From: the human T2T-CHM13v2.0 reference genome, Homo sapiens
Assembly: GCF_009914755.1 (NCBI RefSeq)
Contig: NC_060938.1
Strand: one strand, 5' to 3'
DNA length: 64,000 bases
The notes under the pieces are model-generated. The model searched no databases, was not told the origin of the DNA, and saw nothing but the letters and a program-made list of their open reading frames with translations. Every line of letters begins with the position of its first letter. Positions within the stretch are counted from its first letter, which is position 1. Below, piece by piece: positions 1-18,693 of the stretch. Both the position numbers and the translations under genes were made by a program.

Positions 1-172
1 GTAATTAAAAGAGTGTAATTGGATTGTTTGAAACACAAAGGATAAGGGCTGGAGGTGATGCATACCCCATTTACCCTGATGTGATTATTACACATTGCAT
101 GCCTGTATCAACATATCTCATGTAAGCCGTAAATATACACACCCACTATGCACCCACAAAAATTAAAAATTA
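1..172 (+). mobile_element. L1 3' end (L1MA-like)
   Basis: Matches the L1MA 3'UTR terminus as I recall it (cccatttaccctgatgtgattattacacattgcatgcctgtatc...cccacaaaaattaaaaat). Confidence 0.75.
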
Positions 173-199
173 ATTTTTTTTTAAGAGTTAGGGACAGAT

Positions 200-453
<254 letters not shown>

Positions 454-937
454 GTTAGGGACAGACAAAAACTTTATTAACTGATAAAGGACATTGATGA
501 AGAAAATTACACTAACATACTGTATGATGAAAAACTAAATGCTTTTTTTCAAGTATCAGGAACAAAGCAAGGAGGTATATTTTCATCACTTCCACTCAAC
601 GTAGCACTGGAGTGAGATCAAAAAAATTACCAAGGTTGGAAGGAAAGAAGTTAAATTGTCTTTAATGGCAATAACATAAACTTTTATGTAAAAAAACCTA
701 TTGTATCTACAAAAAAACACCAAAACTAATGTGTTTACCAAGGTTGCAAGATATAAGAGCAATACACAAAAATCAATTGTATTTCTATATACTGTCAATG
801 AAAAAAATCAAGAAATTACAATTGGAAAATATCATTCACAACAGCATCAAACAGAATAAACTAATTACCAATAGATTTACTGAAAGAAGTGCAAGACTTA
901 TTCAATGGAAACTACAAAACATTATTGAAAGAAATGT

Positions 938-1230
938 AGCCAGGTGCAGTGGCTCACATCTGTAATCCCAGCACTTTGGGAGGCCGAGGCAGATGGATCA
1001 CCTGAGGTCAGGAGTTCGAAACCAGCCTGGTCAACATGGCAAAACCCCGTCTCTACTAAAAAATACAAAAATTAGCTGGGAATGGTGGCGGGCGCCTGTA
1101 ATCCCAGCTACTCGGGAGCCTGAGGCAGGGAGAATTGCTTGAACCCAGGAGGCAAAGGCAGGGAGCCAAGATCACTCCACTGCACTCCAGCCTGGGCAAC
1201 AAAGTGAGACTCTGTCTCAAAAAAAAGAGA
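938..1230 (+). mobile_element. Alu (AluS)
   Basis: Full dimer with A-tail; TSD aaagaaatgta. Confidence 0.95.
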
Positions 1231-1649
1231 AAGAAATGTAAAGACCTAAGTAAATGAAAAGATAGCCCATACTCATGGACTGGAATACTTAACATTGTTT
1301 AGATAGCAGTACTTTCCAACTTGATCTACAGACTGAATCCAATAGCTGTAAAACCTCAGCTGCCATTTTTAAAGAATTGGACAAGCTAATCCTAAAATTC
1401 ATATGGAAATGCAAGGAACCCAGAATAGTGAAAGCAATCTTGAAAAAAAGTAACTAAGTTGGAGTTACTTACACACTTCCCAATTTCAAAACTTACTAAA
1501 AGCTACAGTAATCAAGATAGTGTGGTATTGGCATAAAGGCAGATACATAGATCAATGGAATAGCACTGAGAATCTACAAGTAAATTCTTCCACTTATGGT
1601 CAATTGATTTTTGACAAGCATGCCAAAAAAATCAGTAGAAAAACAATAG

Positions 1650-1945
<296 letters not shown>

Positions 1946-2322
1946 AACAATAGTTTTTTCAATGTATGTTCCTGGGACAACATGATATCCACATGCGCAA
2001 GAATGACACCTACAAACATGAAATTGAATCTCACACCACTTACAAAAATTAACCAAAAACAGATAATCAATTTATAAGAGTTAAAACATAAATCTCTTAG
2101 AAAAAAATCTAGGGGGATATCTTTGTGACCTTGTGTTAGGCAATGATTTCTTAGAGAGGACACCATAAGCACAAGCTATAAAATAGGAAAGAGATAATTA
2201 AACTTCATCAAAAGTAAAAACTTTTGAGCTTTAAAAACTCCCCAAGAAAGTGAAAAGACAACCCACTTGAGTGGGAGAAAATATTTGCAAATTATATACC
2301 TGATAAATGTTTAGTATCCTTA

Positions 2323-2652
<330 letters not shown>

Positions 2653-2688
2653 CTACAACAAAAAGATGGCCCAATTAAGAAATGTGCA

Positions 2689-3022
<334 letters not shown>

Positions 3023-3042
3023 AAGAAATGGGCAAAGGATTT

Positions 3043-3138
3043 TTTTTTACAGCAAAGAAAGCAGCAAAAGTTTATTAAGCACAGTATTACACTCTCACAG
3101 GGGGAGAGCGGACTGATCTCAGCAAGATGAGATCAGCC
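3043..3138 (-). pseudogene. About 96-nt processed retrocopy of a polyadenylated transcript 3' end (possibly an LTR R region)
   Basis: T-run at 3041-3048; AATAAA on the minus strand (tttatt 3071-3076) 22 nt from the tail; 20-bp TSD aagaaat(g/t)ggcaaaggattt at 3023-3042 and 3139-3158. Confidence 0.75.
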
Positions 3139-3255
3139 AAGAAATTGGCAAAGGATTTAAATAGTCATGACTACAAACAACATATACAGTAAGCCCTTCA
3201 TATCCATGGGTTCTACATTTGCAGTTTCAATTAACAGCAGATTGAAAATATTTGG

Positions 3256-3610
<355 letters not shown>

Positions 3611-3701
3611 TTAAAAAATACAGTACAACACCTAGTTAGACCATATTTACATTATGTTAGGTATTGTAAGTAATCTAGAGATAATCTAAAGTATATGGGA
3701 T

Positions 3702-4110
3702 GGGCCTGGTGAGGTGGTTCACACCTGTAATCCCAGCACTTTGGGAGGCTGAGGCGGGTGGATCACCTGAGGTGAGGAGTTCAAGACCAGCCTGGCCAAC
3801 ATGGTAAAACCTGTCTCTACTAAAAATATAAAAATTAGCCAGGCATGGTGGCAGGTGCCTGTAATCCCAGCACTTTGGGAGGCTGAGGTGGGAGGATTAC
3901 TTGAGCCCAGGAGTTCAAGATCAGCCTGGGGAACAAAGTGAGACCCCCGTCTACCTCAAAAATCAAAACTGAGGCTTAGGCAGGAGAATTACTTGAACTT
4001 GGGAGGCAGAGGTTGCAGTGAGCCAAGATCATGACACTGCACTCCAGCCTCGGCAACAGAGTGAGACTCCATCTCAAAAAATAAATAAATAAATAAATAA
4101 ATAAAAATAA
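3702..4110 (+). mobile_element. Alu with an extra internal monomer (about 400 bp)
   Basis: Left arm, partial right arm, J-like left-monomer body, then rest of the right arm; TSD taaagt(a/g)tatggga. Confidence 0.88.
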
Positions 4111-4475
4111 AGTGTATGGGAGGATGTTCATAGGCTATATGCAAATACTATGCCATTCTGTATAAGTGAGACGAGCATCCTTGCATTTTGGTATCATCGT
4201 GTGTTTCTGAAACCAATCTTTTGCAGATACCAAGGGAAGACTATGTAAGTAGCCAATAAATACAAAAAAAGATGTTCAATATCAGTGGGCATTAGAAAAA
4301 CTCAACTGAAACTCCAATGAGATGCCACTTACGATAGTACCACAATGAGATATTAGAATGGCTATAATAAAAAAAGACCAACAATAAATATTGGATAGCA
4401 TGTGTAGAAATTAGAACCCTCATATATTGCTGATGGACATGTAAAATGGTGCTGCCCCTTCAAAAAAAAGTCTGG

Positions 4476-4792
4476 GGCCAGGCATGGTAGCTCACACTTG
4501 TAATTTCAACAGTTTAGGAGGTCGAGGTGGGAGGATCGTTTGAGGCCAGGAGTTCAAGACTAGCCTGAGCAACATAATGAGACCCCATCTCTACGAAAAA
4601 AGTTTTAAAAAACGAGCTGGTTGTTGTGGCACGCACCTGTGGTACCAGCTACTCGGGAGGCTGAGGCGAGAGGATTGCTTGAGCCCAAGTGGTCAAGGTT
4701 GCAGTGAGCCATGGTCATGTCACTGCACTCCAGCCTGGACAACAGAGGAAGATCCTGTGTCAAAAACAAACAAACAAAAAAAAACAAAAAAA
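4476..4792 (+). mobile_element. Alu (AluJ-like)
   Basis: Dimer with (CAAA)n tail. Confidence 0.92.
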
Positions 4793-4974
4793 GTCTAGCG
4801 TTTCTTCTTCAAATAGTTAATCACAGAGTTACCATATGCTCCAGCAATTCCACTCCTAGATACACATACTCAAGATGAATGATTAAAACGTATCTACACA
4901 AAAACTTATGCCCAAATTCTCATATTTTTATTTTTTATTTATTTTTACTTTATTAACATTATTTTTATTTATTA

Positions 4975-5262
4975 TTTTAAAGACAGCTCTTGCTCTGTTG
5001 CCCAGGCTGGGGTGTAGTGGTGGGAATACAGCTCACTGCAGCCTCAACCCTCCTGGGATGAAGCTATCCTACCTCCTCAGCCTGCCTCCCAAATAGCTGG
5101 GACTACAGACATGCACTGCCCCAGATAATTTTTTTTATTTTTGGGGTAGACGGGGGTCTCACTTTGTTCCCCAGGCTGATCTTGAACTCCTGGGCTCAAG
5201 TAATCCTCCCACCTCAGCCTCCCAAAGTGCTGGGATTACAGGCATGAGGCACTGTGCCCAGA
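4975..5262 (-). mobile_element. Alu (AluJ-like)
   Basis: Antisense dimer. Confidence 0.92.
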
Positions 5263-5722
5263 CAACAACATTATTTTAATAGCCCAAAGGTGTAAAAAAA
5301 GCAAATGCCTATCAACCAATTAATCTGGAATGTTATTTGAAATATAATAAGTGGCATATATTCTATACGGGATATTATTTGGCCATAAAAAGGAATGAAG
5401 TGCTGATACATAGAACAAGATGGGTGAAACTTGAAAACGTTATGCCAAGTGAAAGAAGCCAGTCACAAAGGACCATCCATATATTATATCATTCCATTTA
5501 TATGCAATGTCCAGATTAGGGAAATCTTTAGAGATGGAAAGTAGATTAGTAGTGGCCTAGGACAGGGAGTGGGGTAGTGGTGATGGGGTGAAGGCTAAAC
5601 AGTGTGAGGTTTTTTTTTTTTTTGAGGGTAACAAAATATTCTAAAATGGGTTGTATTAATGGATACATCATTGTGAATATATTAGTAGCTATTAAATTGT
5701 ATACTTCAAAAAAATTAAAAAT

Positions 5723-6013
5723 GGGCCAGACATGGTGGCTCATGCCTGTAATCCCAGCATTTTGAGAAGCAGATAGGAGAATCCCTTTTGTCCAGGAGTT
5801 TGAGGCTAGCCTGGGCAACATAGCAAGACCTTGTCTCTACAAATAATTTTTAAAAATTAACTGGGAGTGGTGGCGTGTACCTATGGTCCCAGCTACTCGT
5901 GAGGCTGAGGAGGGAGGATTGCATGAGCCCAGGTGTTCAAGGCTGCAGTGAACCATGATCATGCCACTGCACTCCAGCCTCAGCAATGGAGCAAGACTTC
6001 ATCTCAAAAAAAA
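5723..6013 (+). mobile_element. Alu (AluJ-like)
   Basis: Dimer with A-tail. Confidence 0.92.
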
Positions 6014-6177
6014 ATTTTAATTAATTAATTAAAATTAAAAGTTATTAGGACATTTGAATTTTTCGAATACTTATTAATAACAGTTTGACTTGTTTCGTGA
6101 TTGTTCATAATTATTATAATACTATTCTATTATTAAATGGGAGCCTATTTCTCACCACCAATCTTTCAATACAGTGA

Positions 6178-6486
<309 letters not shown>

Positions 6487-6894
6487 GATCTCTTTATTTT
6501 TGAATCTCTATTTTGGCGATGCTCTTGATTAGCTAGAATCTTTGAGTGTTTTTTCAGGAAGAGTTATGGGTGGTACGTATCTTCAGACCCCTTGCATATC
6601 TGAATTTTGTTTGTGTTGTCTTCACATATGAAGTGACACCTTGACTAAATATAGAAGTCCTGGGACTCTACCTCTTTCTATCAAAATACAAGGATTTTGT
6701 TTTTTTACTTTCCAGTATCTAATGTTGTAGAAGAAAAAGTCTGAACATGATTTGATTCTTTTTGTTGTTCTTGACATTTGCTCTTGATTTTTGTTTTAGC
6801 TTGTGTATTTGTCTGATTCTTCTATTTTTTTCTTGACACATTCATTTCTCATTGACTTCTGGAAATAGATAATATTAGAATATAATGTTCATTC

Positions 6895-7228
<334 letters not shown>

Positions 7229-7564
7229 TGAAGTCACTAAAATATCACATTATTTTAAAAACTAACTAGAAAACATATTTTTTTTAAATTTCAATATTCA
7301 AGAGACATTTTTATAGACACTGTGTTTAGATTTTTCAGTATTTTATTCTTGTATCCCACAAAAAATTATTATTTTGATTTGTAATAGTCTATTAGTGGCA
7401 AAGAGGTTTATTGATAAATGTTCAAAATAAACATGCTAGATTAAAAAATAATGCTACTAAATTATGATTTTCAAATTAATCATGCTCATTTTTGTCTGAG
7501 CTCTAAAGATAAATTTAGCTTGGTTGTCAACTAAGGCAATGAGAAGCAGAAATAAAAGGAGGCC

Positions 7565-7786
<222 letters not shown>

Positions 7787-8091
7787 TAGCCAGTATTTCT
7801 AATTCTGTAATTCCTCTAATCTCTGAGGTCTGAGAAATTCTCTTCTGAATTTGAAAATCATAATAATTCACCAGAGAAAAATTATTATTTTAGGTTCAGC
7901 TGAGGAGTGTAGAACACAGTTATGACAGAAGTGCATGATTTGGTGGATTCTCTACCTCTCTGTTTTACAGTGTTTATTGTCATAGAAGAAGAAATCGTCA
8001 GAAGAAAGCCATAATTTTTAATAAGCCAGAGTTTAACAATTTACTTAAAATATACCAAAGTAGGATAATTTTACTGGTAAATAATAATGCA

Positions 8092-8350
8092 GACCGGGTG
8101 CCATGGCTCACACCTGTAATCTCAACACTTTGGGAGGCAGAGGCGGGAGGTTAGCTTGAACCCAGGAGTTCAAGACCAGCCTGGGCAACATGGCGAGAAC
8201 CTGTCTCTACCAAAAAAAAAAAAAAAAAAAAAAAATTAGTCCGGTATGGTGGCACGTGCCTATAGTCCCAGCTCTCGGGAGGCCCTGGGAGGTCAAGGCT
8301 GCAGTGAGCTGAGATCACTCCACTGCACTCCAGCCTGGGTGACAGAGGCT
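8092..8350 (+). mobile_element. Alu (AluJ-like)
   Basis: Dimer with a deletion in the right arm. Confidence 0.9.
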
Positions 8351-8407
8351 TTTGATATAGACCCTGTATAAAAAAAGTAAAAATAAAAAATAATAATGCA
8401 TATATTG

Positions 8408-8574
8408 GCTGGGTGCAGTAGCTCACACCTGTAATCCTAGCACTTTGGGAAGCAGAAACAGAAAGATCCCTGGATCCCAGGATTTCAAGGCTGCAGTGCA
8501 CTATGATCATGCCACTGTGCTCCAGCCTGGGTGACAAAGCAAGGCCCTGTCCAAAAAAAAAGAAAAGAAAAGAA
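8408..8574 (+). mobile_element. Alu monomer (FRAM-like)
   Basis: Monomer-length Alu with A-tail. Confidence 0.85.
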
Positions 8575-9559
8575 ATGTTCTTTTTCTGAATCAAATTCTA
8601 TGTTACATACTGCTCTTTCATTAGTATTAAAATATTTATTAAATATCCACATACATGTTCTGCCATACCAAATATGAGAGGAGGTAGAATACAAATCTAT
8701 AGTGCTTATCTTCTTGTACTTTTCTTTCTCAAATAGATAATATATGTGACGACAGATTCTTAGCAGTGGATCAAAAAAAGAAAAAAACATACATATAAGT
8801 GAAGCCAGACATATAACAGACCAACTGGCACTTAACAAGCAGACCGCTGATTAACAAAAGAACTACCTATGTTTGTCTATGATAAACCCCCAGCTAAGTT
8901 CTAGCACCTCTTCTCTAATATACTGTTTATCCGTTCCTTGAATCATTGTCTATGGATCATTTGGAAGTAGCATGTGTCTAGATTCCCAATTCTGTTTCCA
9001 AATCTAATTCAATTAATAACTCCCTATTAATGGCATACAATGTGCTTTGTACCCTTCCTTATACTTTTAACCTAATATTTCTAAAACTTAATAATTTTTG
9101 CAATATCATGCTAACTGTGCGATTATTTAAAAAATAATTTTAAGTTGATTCATACTCCTTTCATTGTAATGCTTTTTTTAACCTAGTCCTAATCACTAAT
9201 ATCCATGGAAATGCAGATTTTTTTTTAATGTGTCTGTATTTCATCAACTAAAATAATCATGTGTCCCCCCTAGTGGTATGATAACCACACTTGAGTAACT
9301 ACTGTGTTGAGTCTGCTTTGCTATCACCTAGTAAGAATGATAAATGTACCAACATAGAATCCTGTCCTATGGAACAGAAGCTGCTCTATCTTCCATCTCA
9401 AAAGGCAGTCTCATTTTTTTGGTAATCTCCTTTGAGTAGGCACATTCCAAAATACATATAGCAAAGAATATTTAAGGAACTCTTCTGAGTTTCTTAATTT
9501 AATATGTTCATATATTTCACAGATTAAAATATCTCTTTCAGAAAATTCAATACAAATAT

Positions 9560-9735
9560 TAACCAGGTGTGGGGGCACATACCTGTAATCCTAGCTACTT
9601 GAGAGGTTGAGGCATAAAAATTGCTTGATTCCGGGAGGCAGAGGTTGCAGTGAGCTGAGATTGTACCCCTGCCCTCCAGCCTGGGTGACACAGTGAGACT
9701 CCATCTCAGAAAAAATTTAAAAAAAGAAAAGAAAA
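9560..9735 (+). mobile_element. Alu right monomer
   Basis: Right-arm consensus with A-tail. Confidence 0.88.
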
Positions 9736-9841
9736 TTCATCCTTGGGTTATTTTGTTTGTTTGTTTAAAGTTCTTCAGACTGATTTAGTAATGAATGAAA
9801 TTTACTCTGATAATAACAACACAACTATGTCAGTCTCTTAA

Positions 9842-10282
<441 letters not shown>

Positions 10283-10461
10283 ACATTTGTCCAATTTCTT
10301 AATTCTTATTGTGCAGAATAGTGTAAGTCAAATGTAGCATTTGTGGAGTTCAGATAACAAGTAAATAAAATAAAATAAATAAAGCTTCTTTTATTTATTC
10401 ATTAATTCAACAACTATCTATTGACGGCATATTATGTGCCTGCTGTTTTCCTAGGTGCTAA

Positions 10462-10877
<416 letters not shown>

Positions 10878-10908
10878 TTACGTATGTACATATCTTAATG
10901 TAGATATT

Positions 10909-10911
<3 letters not shown>

Positions 10912-10939
<28 letters not shown>
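10912..10939. repeat. (GT)n microsatellite
   Basis: About 14 GT units seen directly. Confidence 0.95.
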
Positions 10940-11046
10940 ATTTCCAGCCCTGAAAGTACATGTTAATCTTTGAGATATTCCCATTAGCATCAGTGTTTTC
11001 TAGTACCTCATTTCTTAAATATTATTCTTATTTTGAAAATATCCAA

Positions 11047-11343
<297 letters not shown>

Positions 11344-11396
11344 GGTGAAAATATCCAAATATTTCAATTAATATTTTAATTTGCATTTCTAGTTCC

Positions 11397-11668
11397 TTTT
11401 GACAGGGTCGCACTGTGTCACTCAGGCTGGAGTGCAGTGCAATGCAGCCTCGACTTCCTTGGCTCAGGTGATCCTCCCACCTCAGACTCTCAAGTAGCTG
11501 GAACTACAGGCATGTGCCACTATGCCTGGCTAATTTTTTGGTATTTTTTGTAGAGATGGGGTTTCACCATGTTCCCCATTCTGGTCTCGAACTCCTGGGC
11601 TCATGCAATCTGCCCATCTTGACTTCCCAAAGTGCTGGGATTATGGGCATTAGTCACCACACCCAGGC
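11397..11668 (-). mobile_element. Alu (AluJ-like)
   Basis: Antisense dimer. Confidence 0.92.
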
Positions 11669-11939
11669 TTGTTTTTAGAAGTTATGTATTCTCACCATTT
11701 ATGTATTATAAAATACTTCAAAAATATAGAAAAGTGCAGACAACAATATAAGACTGTTTCTTCATTTGTTCAGACTATAAACATTGGGGTCACTGACTCC
11801 TTTCACTTACCATTCTTCAGTTTTTGTAATATCATTATGCCAACTAAGCTATTATTTTGAAAAATAAAGGTTACTTATTTTCTTTTCATTCTAATACCTA
11901 TAGCACCTACTTGATTCCTTTCCTTCACTGACACCCTAA

Positions 11940-12220
11940 AGTTTTGTTGGTTGTGCCTTCAAAATATAGCCAGAGTTCTGTCATTTACCGTTCCCACTAC
12001 CACCACCTTGGTCCAAGACACCATCATCTCTTGCCTGAATTATTGCAATGGCCTCACAGTGGATCTGCCAACATCTGTCTTTGCCTCTCCTTTCTCCCCC
12101 GACAGTCTGTGCTCAACACAGCAGCCAAATTAATCCTGTAAGAATGTAAGTTAGATAATATTCTTCCTCTGCTACAAAACATTACAGCGAATTCTCATCT
12201 CACAGAGAACAAAAGCCAGG
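11940..12220 (+). mobile_element. L2 fragment
   Basis: L2-type motifs caccatcatctcttgcctgaattattgcaatggcctc and caacacagcagcc. Confidence 0.7.
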
Positions 12221-12489
12221 GTTGTTAATATTCTGTTTCTAAGTGGTGTCTGTGCTTTTGTATGTAGTTATAGTAGATTCATTTTCATTGTTAGATGATA
12301 TTCCATTGTAAGAAAATAACTCATTTTATCAATCCATTCTTTCATCTTTGGACACTGGGGAGCTTTTAATTTGTGTTACTATTATAAGTAATGCTGCCAC
12401 AACAAGAAATGCTAAGGGAAACTCTTAAGGATGCAGGAAATTATATAAGATGTAAATTCAGAAGTACAGGAAGGAATGAATAACTCTTA

Positions 12490-13430
<941 letters not shown>

Positions 13431-13432
13431 AG

Positions 13433-13705
13433 GGCTGGGCACAGTGGCTGACGCCTGTAATCCCAGCGCTTTGGGAGGCCAAGGCGGGTAGATCATCTGG
13501 GGTCAGGAGTTTGAGACCAGCCTGGTGAACATGGGGAAACCTGTCTCTACTAAAAATACAAAAATTAGCTGGGCATGGTGGCATGCTCCTGTAGTCCCAG
13601 CTACTCTGGGAGGTGGAGGTTGTAGTGAGCGAGATTATGCCATTGCACTCTGGCCTGGGTGTCAGAGCAAGACTTCATTTCAAAAAACAAAACAAAACAA
13701 AAAAA
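13433..13705 (+). mobile_element. Alu (AluS, right-arm deletion)
   Basis: Dimer with (CAAAA)n tail. Confidence 0.92.
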
Positions 13706-13871
13706 CTTTGATTGTGAAGCTGGTAGCACTCATTGAACTGTACATTTAAAATTTGTGCATTTTATTATAAGTAAATTATTCATTAATATTTTATTTAGAA
13801 AAATAATGTTGCTGGAAATATATATATGAGTCATTTTTATCCATGTACATTATTTATGTATTTACTGTTGT

Positions 13872-14150
13872 TTTTTTTTAACAGGGTCTTGCTGTGTCAC
13901 CGAGGCTGGAATGCAGTGGCGCAATCATAGCTCACTGCAGCCTCTAATTCCTTGGCTCCAGCAATCCTCCCAGCCTCCGTAGTAGCCAGACTATAGGCAC
14001 GCATAACTGAGCTTGGCTAATTTTAAAATTTTTTGTAGAGATGGGATCTCACTATGTTTCCCCAGCTTGCCTTGAACTCCTGGGCTCAAGTGATCCTCTC
14101 TCCTCAGCCTCCCAAAGTGCTGGGATTACAGGTGTGAGCCACCAGGTTTC
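13872..14150 (-). mobile_element. Alu (AluJ-like)
   Basis: Antisense dimer. Confidence 0.9.
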
Positions 14151-14379
14151 CTAGCCTACGTGTACATTTTGCAAATGCTCTAGCTATACATAGCATATGC
14201 CTAGGAGTAGAAATTCTCTGTCTTAAGGTTTGCAAATTTTCAAATTTTATAAGATAATGTGAAATTGATGTTTAAAATTGTTTTACCAACTTCCACTTCC
14301 ACTTATGGTTCCAGTAGAGGCATGTGAAAAGTTCCTAGTGATTCATATCCTCACCAATGCTTAGTATTTTCAAATTTCT

Positions 14380-14673
<294 letters not shown>

Positions 14674-14892
14674 TAAGATTTCTTAATTTTGCCAGTCTAA
14701 CGGGTAAAAACGTTACCTCACTATGGCCCTCATTTAAATTTTTCTGATTACTAATAAGATTGAGCATTACCACCCCCCACGCCCATTTACTGACCATTTG
14801 GAATTTTTTCTTCTCTAAAGTTGCAGTTCAGCTATTCTAGTCATTTGTTTATTTTTTTGTACTGATTTATAAAAGTTCTAGATATATTCTGA

Positions 14893-15055
14893 GGCCTTGT
14901 GCAGTGGCTTATGCCTGTAATCCCAGCTACTTGAGAGACTGAGGTGGGAGGACCCTTTGAGACTGGGAGGTCGAGGCTGCAGTGAGCCAAGATCACACAA
15001 TTGCACTCTGGCCTGGGCAACAGAGCAAGACCTTGTCTCAAGAAAAATAAATAAA
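14893..15055 (+). mobile_element. Alu monomer (FRAM-like)
   Basis: Monomer with A-rich tail. Confidence 0.85.
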
Positions 15056-15330
15056 GATAGATAGATAAATAAAGATTTTAAAAAATAGATATTTTCTGGA
15101 TTCTAGGTCTTTATTATGTGCGGAAAAGATCTTCTTTCTGTGATTTGTCTTATGTCTTAAGACATTATTCCACACCCTGAAGCTAAAAAGATAATTTTAT
15201 CTTCTGAAAGTGTTAACATTTTGGTTATCACGTTTAAATTTTTAATCCAATGTCTTAGTATGGGTTTAGCTTAAGCTTGCTGAAGAAAAGATAACCCCAA
15301 ATAGAGGGACTTAAAGAATATAGACTTTTG

Positions 15331-15625
15331 GGGCCGGGCACGGTGGCTCACGCCTATAATCCCAGCACTTTGGGAGGCCTAGGTGGGTGGATCACCCGAG
15401 TTCAGGAGTTCAAGACCAGCCTGGCCAACATGGTGAAACCTCCTCTCTACCAGAAATAGAAAAAATTAGCCGGGCGTGGTGTCACATGAATGTAATCCCA
15501 GCTACTTGGGAGGCTAAGGCAGGAGAATCACTTGAACCTGGGAGGTTGGAGGTTGCAGTGAGCTGAGACAGCGTCATTGCACTCCAGCCTGGGGGACAGA
15601 GCAAGACCCTGTCTCAAAAAAAAAA
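15331..15625 (+). mobile_element. Alu (AluS)
   Basis: Full dimer. Confidence 0.95.
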
Positions 15626-15728
15626 GTAGGCTTTTGTCTTTTTCAAGTAACTGCTCCAAAATAAGCATTTTAGCATGGGAACTGGTTTTGCTTTATAGGG
15701 TCATTCAGGGAACCCAGTTTTTTGTATT

Positions 15729-15875
15729 TCTTCCTTTCTTTCCTTTCCTTCCTTCCTTCCTTCCTTCCTTCCTTCCTTCCTTCCTTCCTTCCTTCCTTCC
15801 TCCCTCCCTCCCTCCTTCCTTCCTTTTCCCTCCCTCCCTTCCCTCCTCCTTCCTTCCTTCCTTTTTTTTTTTTTT
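15729..15875. repeat. (CCTT)n/(CCCT)n polypyrimidine tract at the tail of a partial antisense Alu (to about 15970)
   Basis: About 145 bp of pure pyrimidines seen directly. Confidence 0.93.
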
Positions 15876-16079
15876 GAAAGGGGTCTCACTATATTGCCAG
15901 GCTGGCCTTGAATTCCTGGGTTTAAGGGATCATCCCACCTCAGCCTCCCCAGTAGCAGGGATTACAGGCAGGAACTCCAATTTTAAATGTCTCTGCCAAA
16001 GGCATTCTGTTCATCGCCATTACATGAACAAGATATATCCCTTCACTTCTTTAGGTCTCCTTTAACTAATAACTGTAGA

Positions 16080-16411
<332 letters not shown>

Positions 16412-17094
16412 TCACCCCTAGGGCAGGGGAAACAAAATGAGAAGTAGCATTAATAGAATCTAGGGGCTTAGAGGGGGGGCCCCAAGTGGCTGTGCTCAGT
16501 CCTTGAGAGCAGATACTCCACAGCTGAAACCTCTGGGGGGCGCCATGGGACTGGTTCTCTGGTGCACCACAGATGTTGCTCAGTTGGGTGCATTCTGAGA
16601 TTGATGTTGGAACTTCTGGAAAGAAGGGGCCAAGTAGTTGAAGCTGTGAGCCCCTAAAAAAGCAAAAGGCTGGATGTATAGCTGTCCTCATGCTGCTTGG
16701 GGGACCTGACTGGAACTGGAAACAGGAAGCACATCTCTTCCCTTCTTCCGCCTTCCATTCTCTGCCTCCATTTGCAAACCCTAAGATAAATCATCTGTCA
16801 ATGAAACAAATGGTGCTGCAATGGACAACCTTGTGCATATGTTGTTTCTGTTTTTCTTTAGGTATCTCCTCAGGGCAAGTTCTTGTAAGGTTATATGTAG
16901 TTTTGCTAGATATTACCAAAATTTTCTCCATTTGGAGCTGAACCATTTTGCACTCTCAGCAACAACTTGAGAATGTTTTTCCACAGAGCCACATGAACAG
17001 AGTACATTGTCAAGCTTTTGAATCTTTGCCAAACTAATAGATAGTAAATGATATTTCTGTTTGGTTTTTATTCAGATTTCTCTTATGAAGTTGA

Positions 17095-18145
<1,051 letters not shown>

Positions 18146-18384
18146 TGATTATATTTGCCTTATCCAAGAACAAAGGATCCTTTTTGTTTGTTCAGGGTTA
18201 CCATTGTGTCTTTCAAGGGTGTTTTCAGGTTTTTCTCATATAAGTCTGCATACTTTCTGTTACGTTTACTCTTAGATATTTTACCTTTTTTGTTGCTTTT
18301 GTCAATGGGGTTTGCTTTTACTTTAAATCTTCTATCTTGTTGTTTGATATGTATGAAGGGTATTGTTTTTTGTATGTTAATTTA

Positions 18385-18693
18385 ATTTTTTTTTGAGATA
18401 GGGTCTCATTCTGTCACCCAGGCTGGAGTACAGGTGGAGTGCAGACGAGATCACAGCTCACTGCAACCTCTACCTCCCAGGCTCAAGTGATCCTCCCACC
18501 TTAGCCTTTGGAGTAGCTGGGGCTATAGGTGTGCCCCACCATACCAGGCTAATTTTTATGCCCGTGTGTGTGTGTGTGTTTTGTAGAGAGGGGGTTTTGC
18601 AATGTTGCCGAGGCTGGTCTCAAACTCCAAGCGATCCACCTGCCTAGGGCTCTCAAAGTGCTGGGATTACAGGTGTGATCCACTGTGCCCAGC
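18385..18693 (-). mobile_element. Alu (AluJ-like) with (TG)n in the linker
   Basis: Antisense dimer. Confidence 0.9.

Noticed and set aside
9261-9280. CTCF-like motif (ccactagggggg on the minus strand)
   Set aside because: Lacks the conserved C after the G-run and probably lies at the end of an old DNA transposon; motif alone is insufficient.
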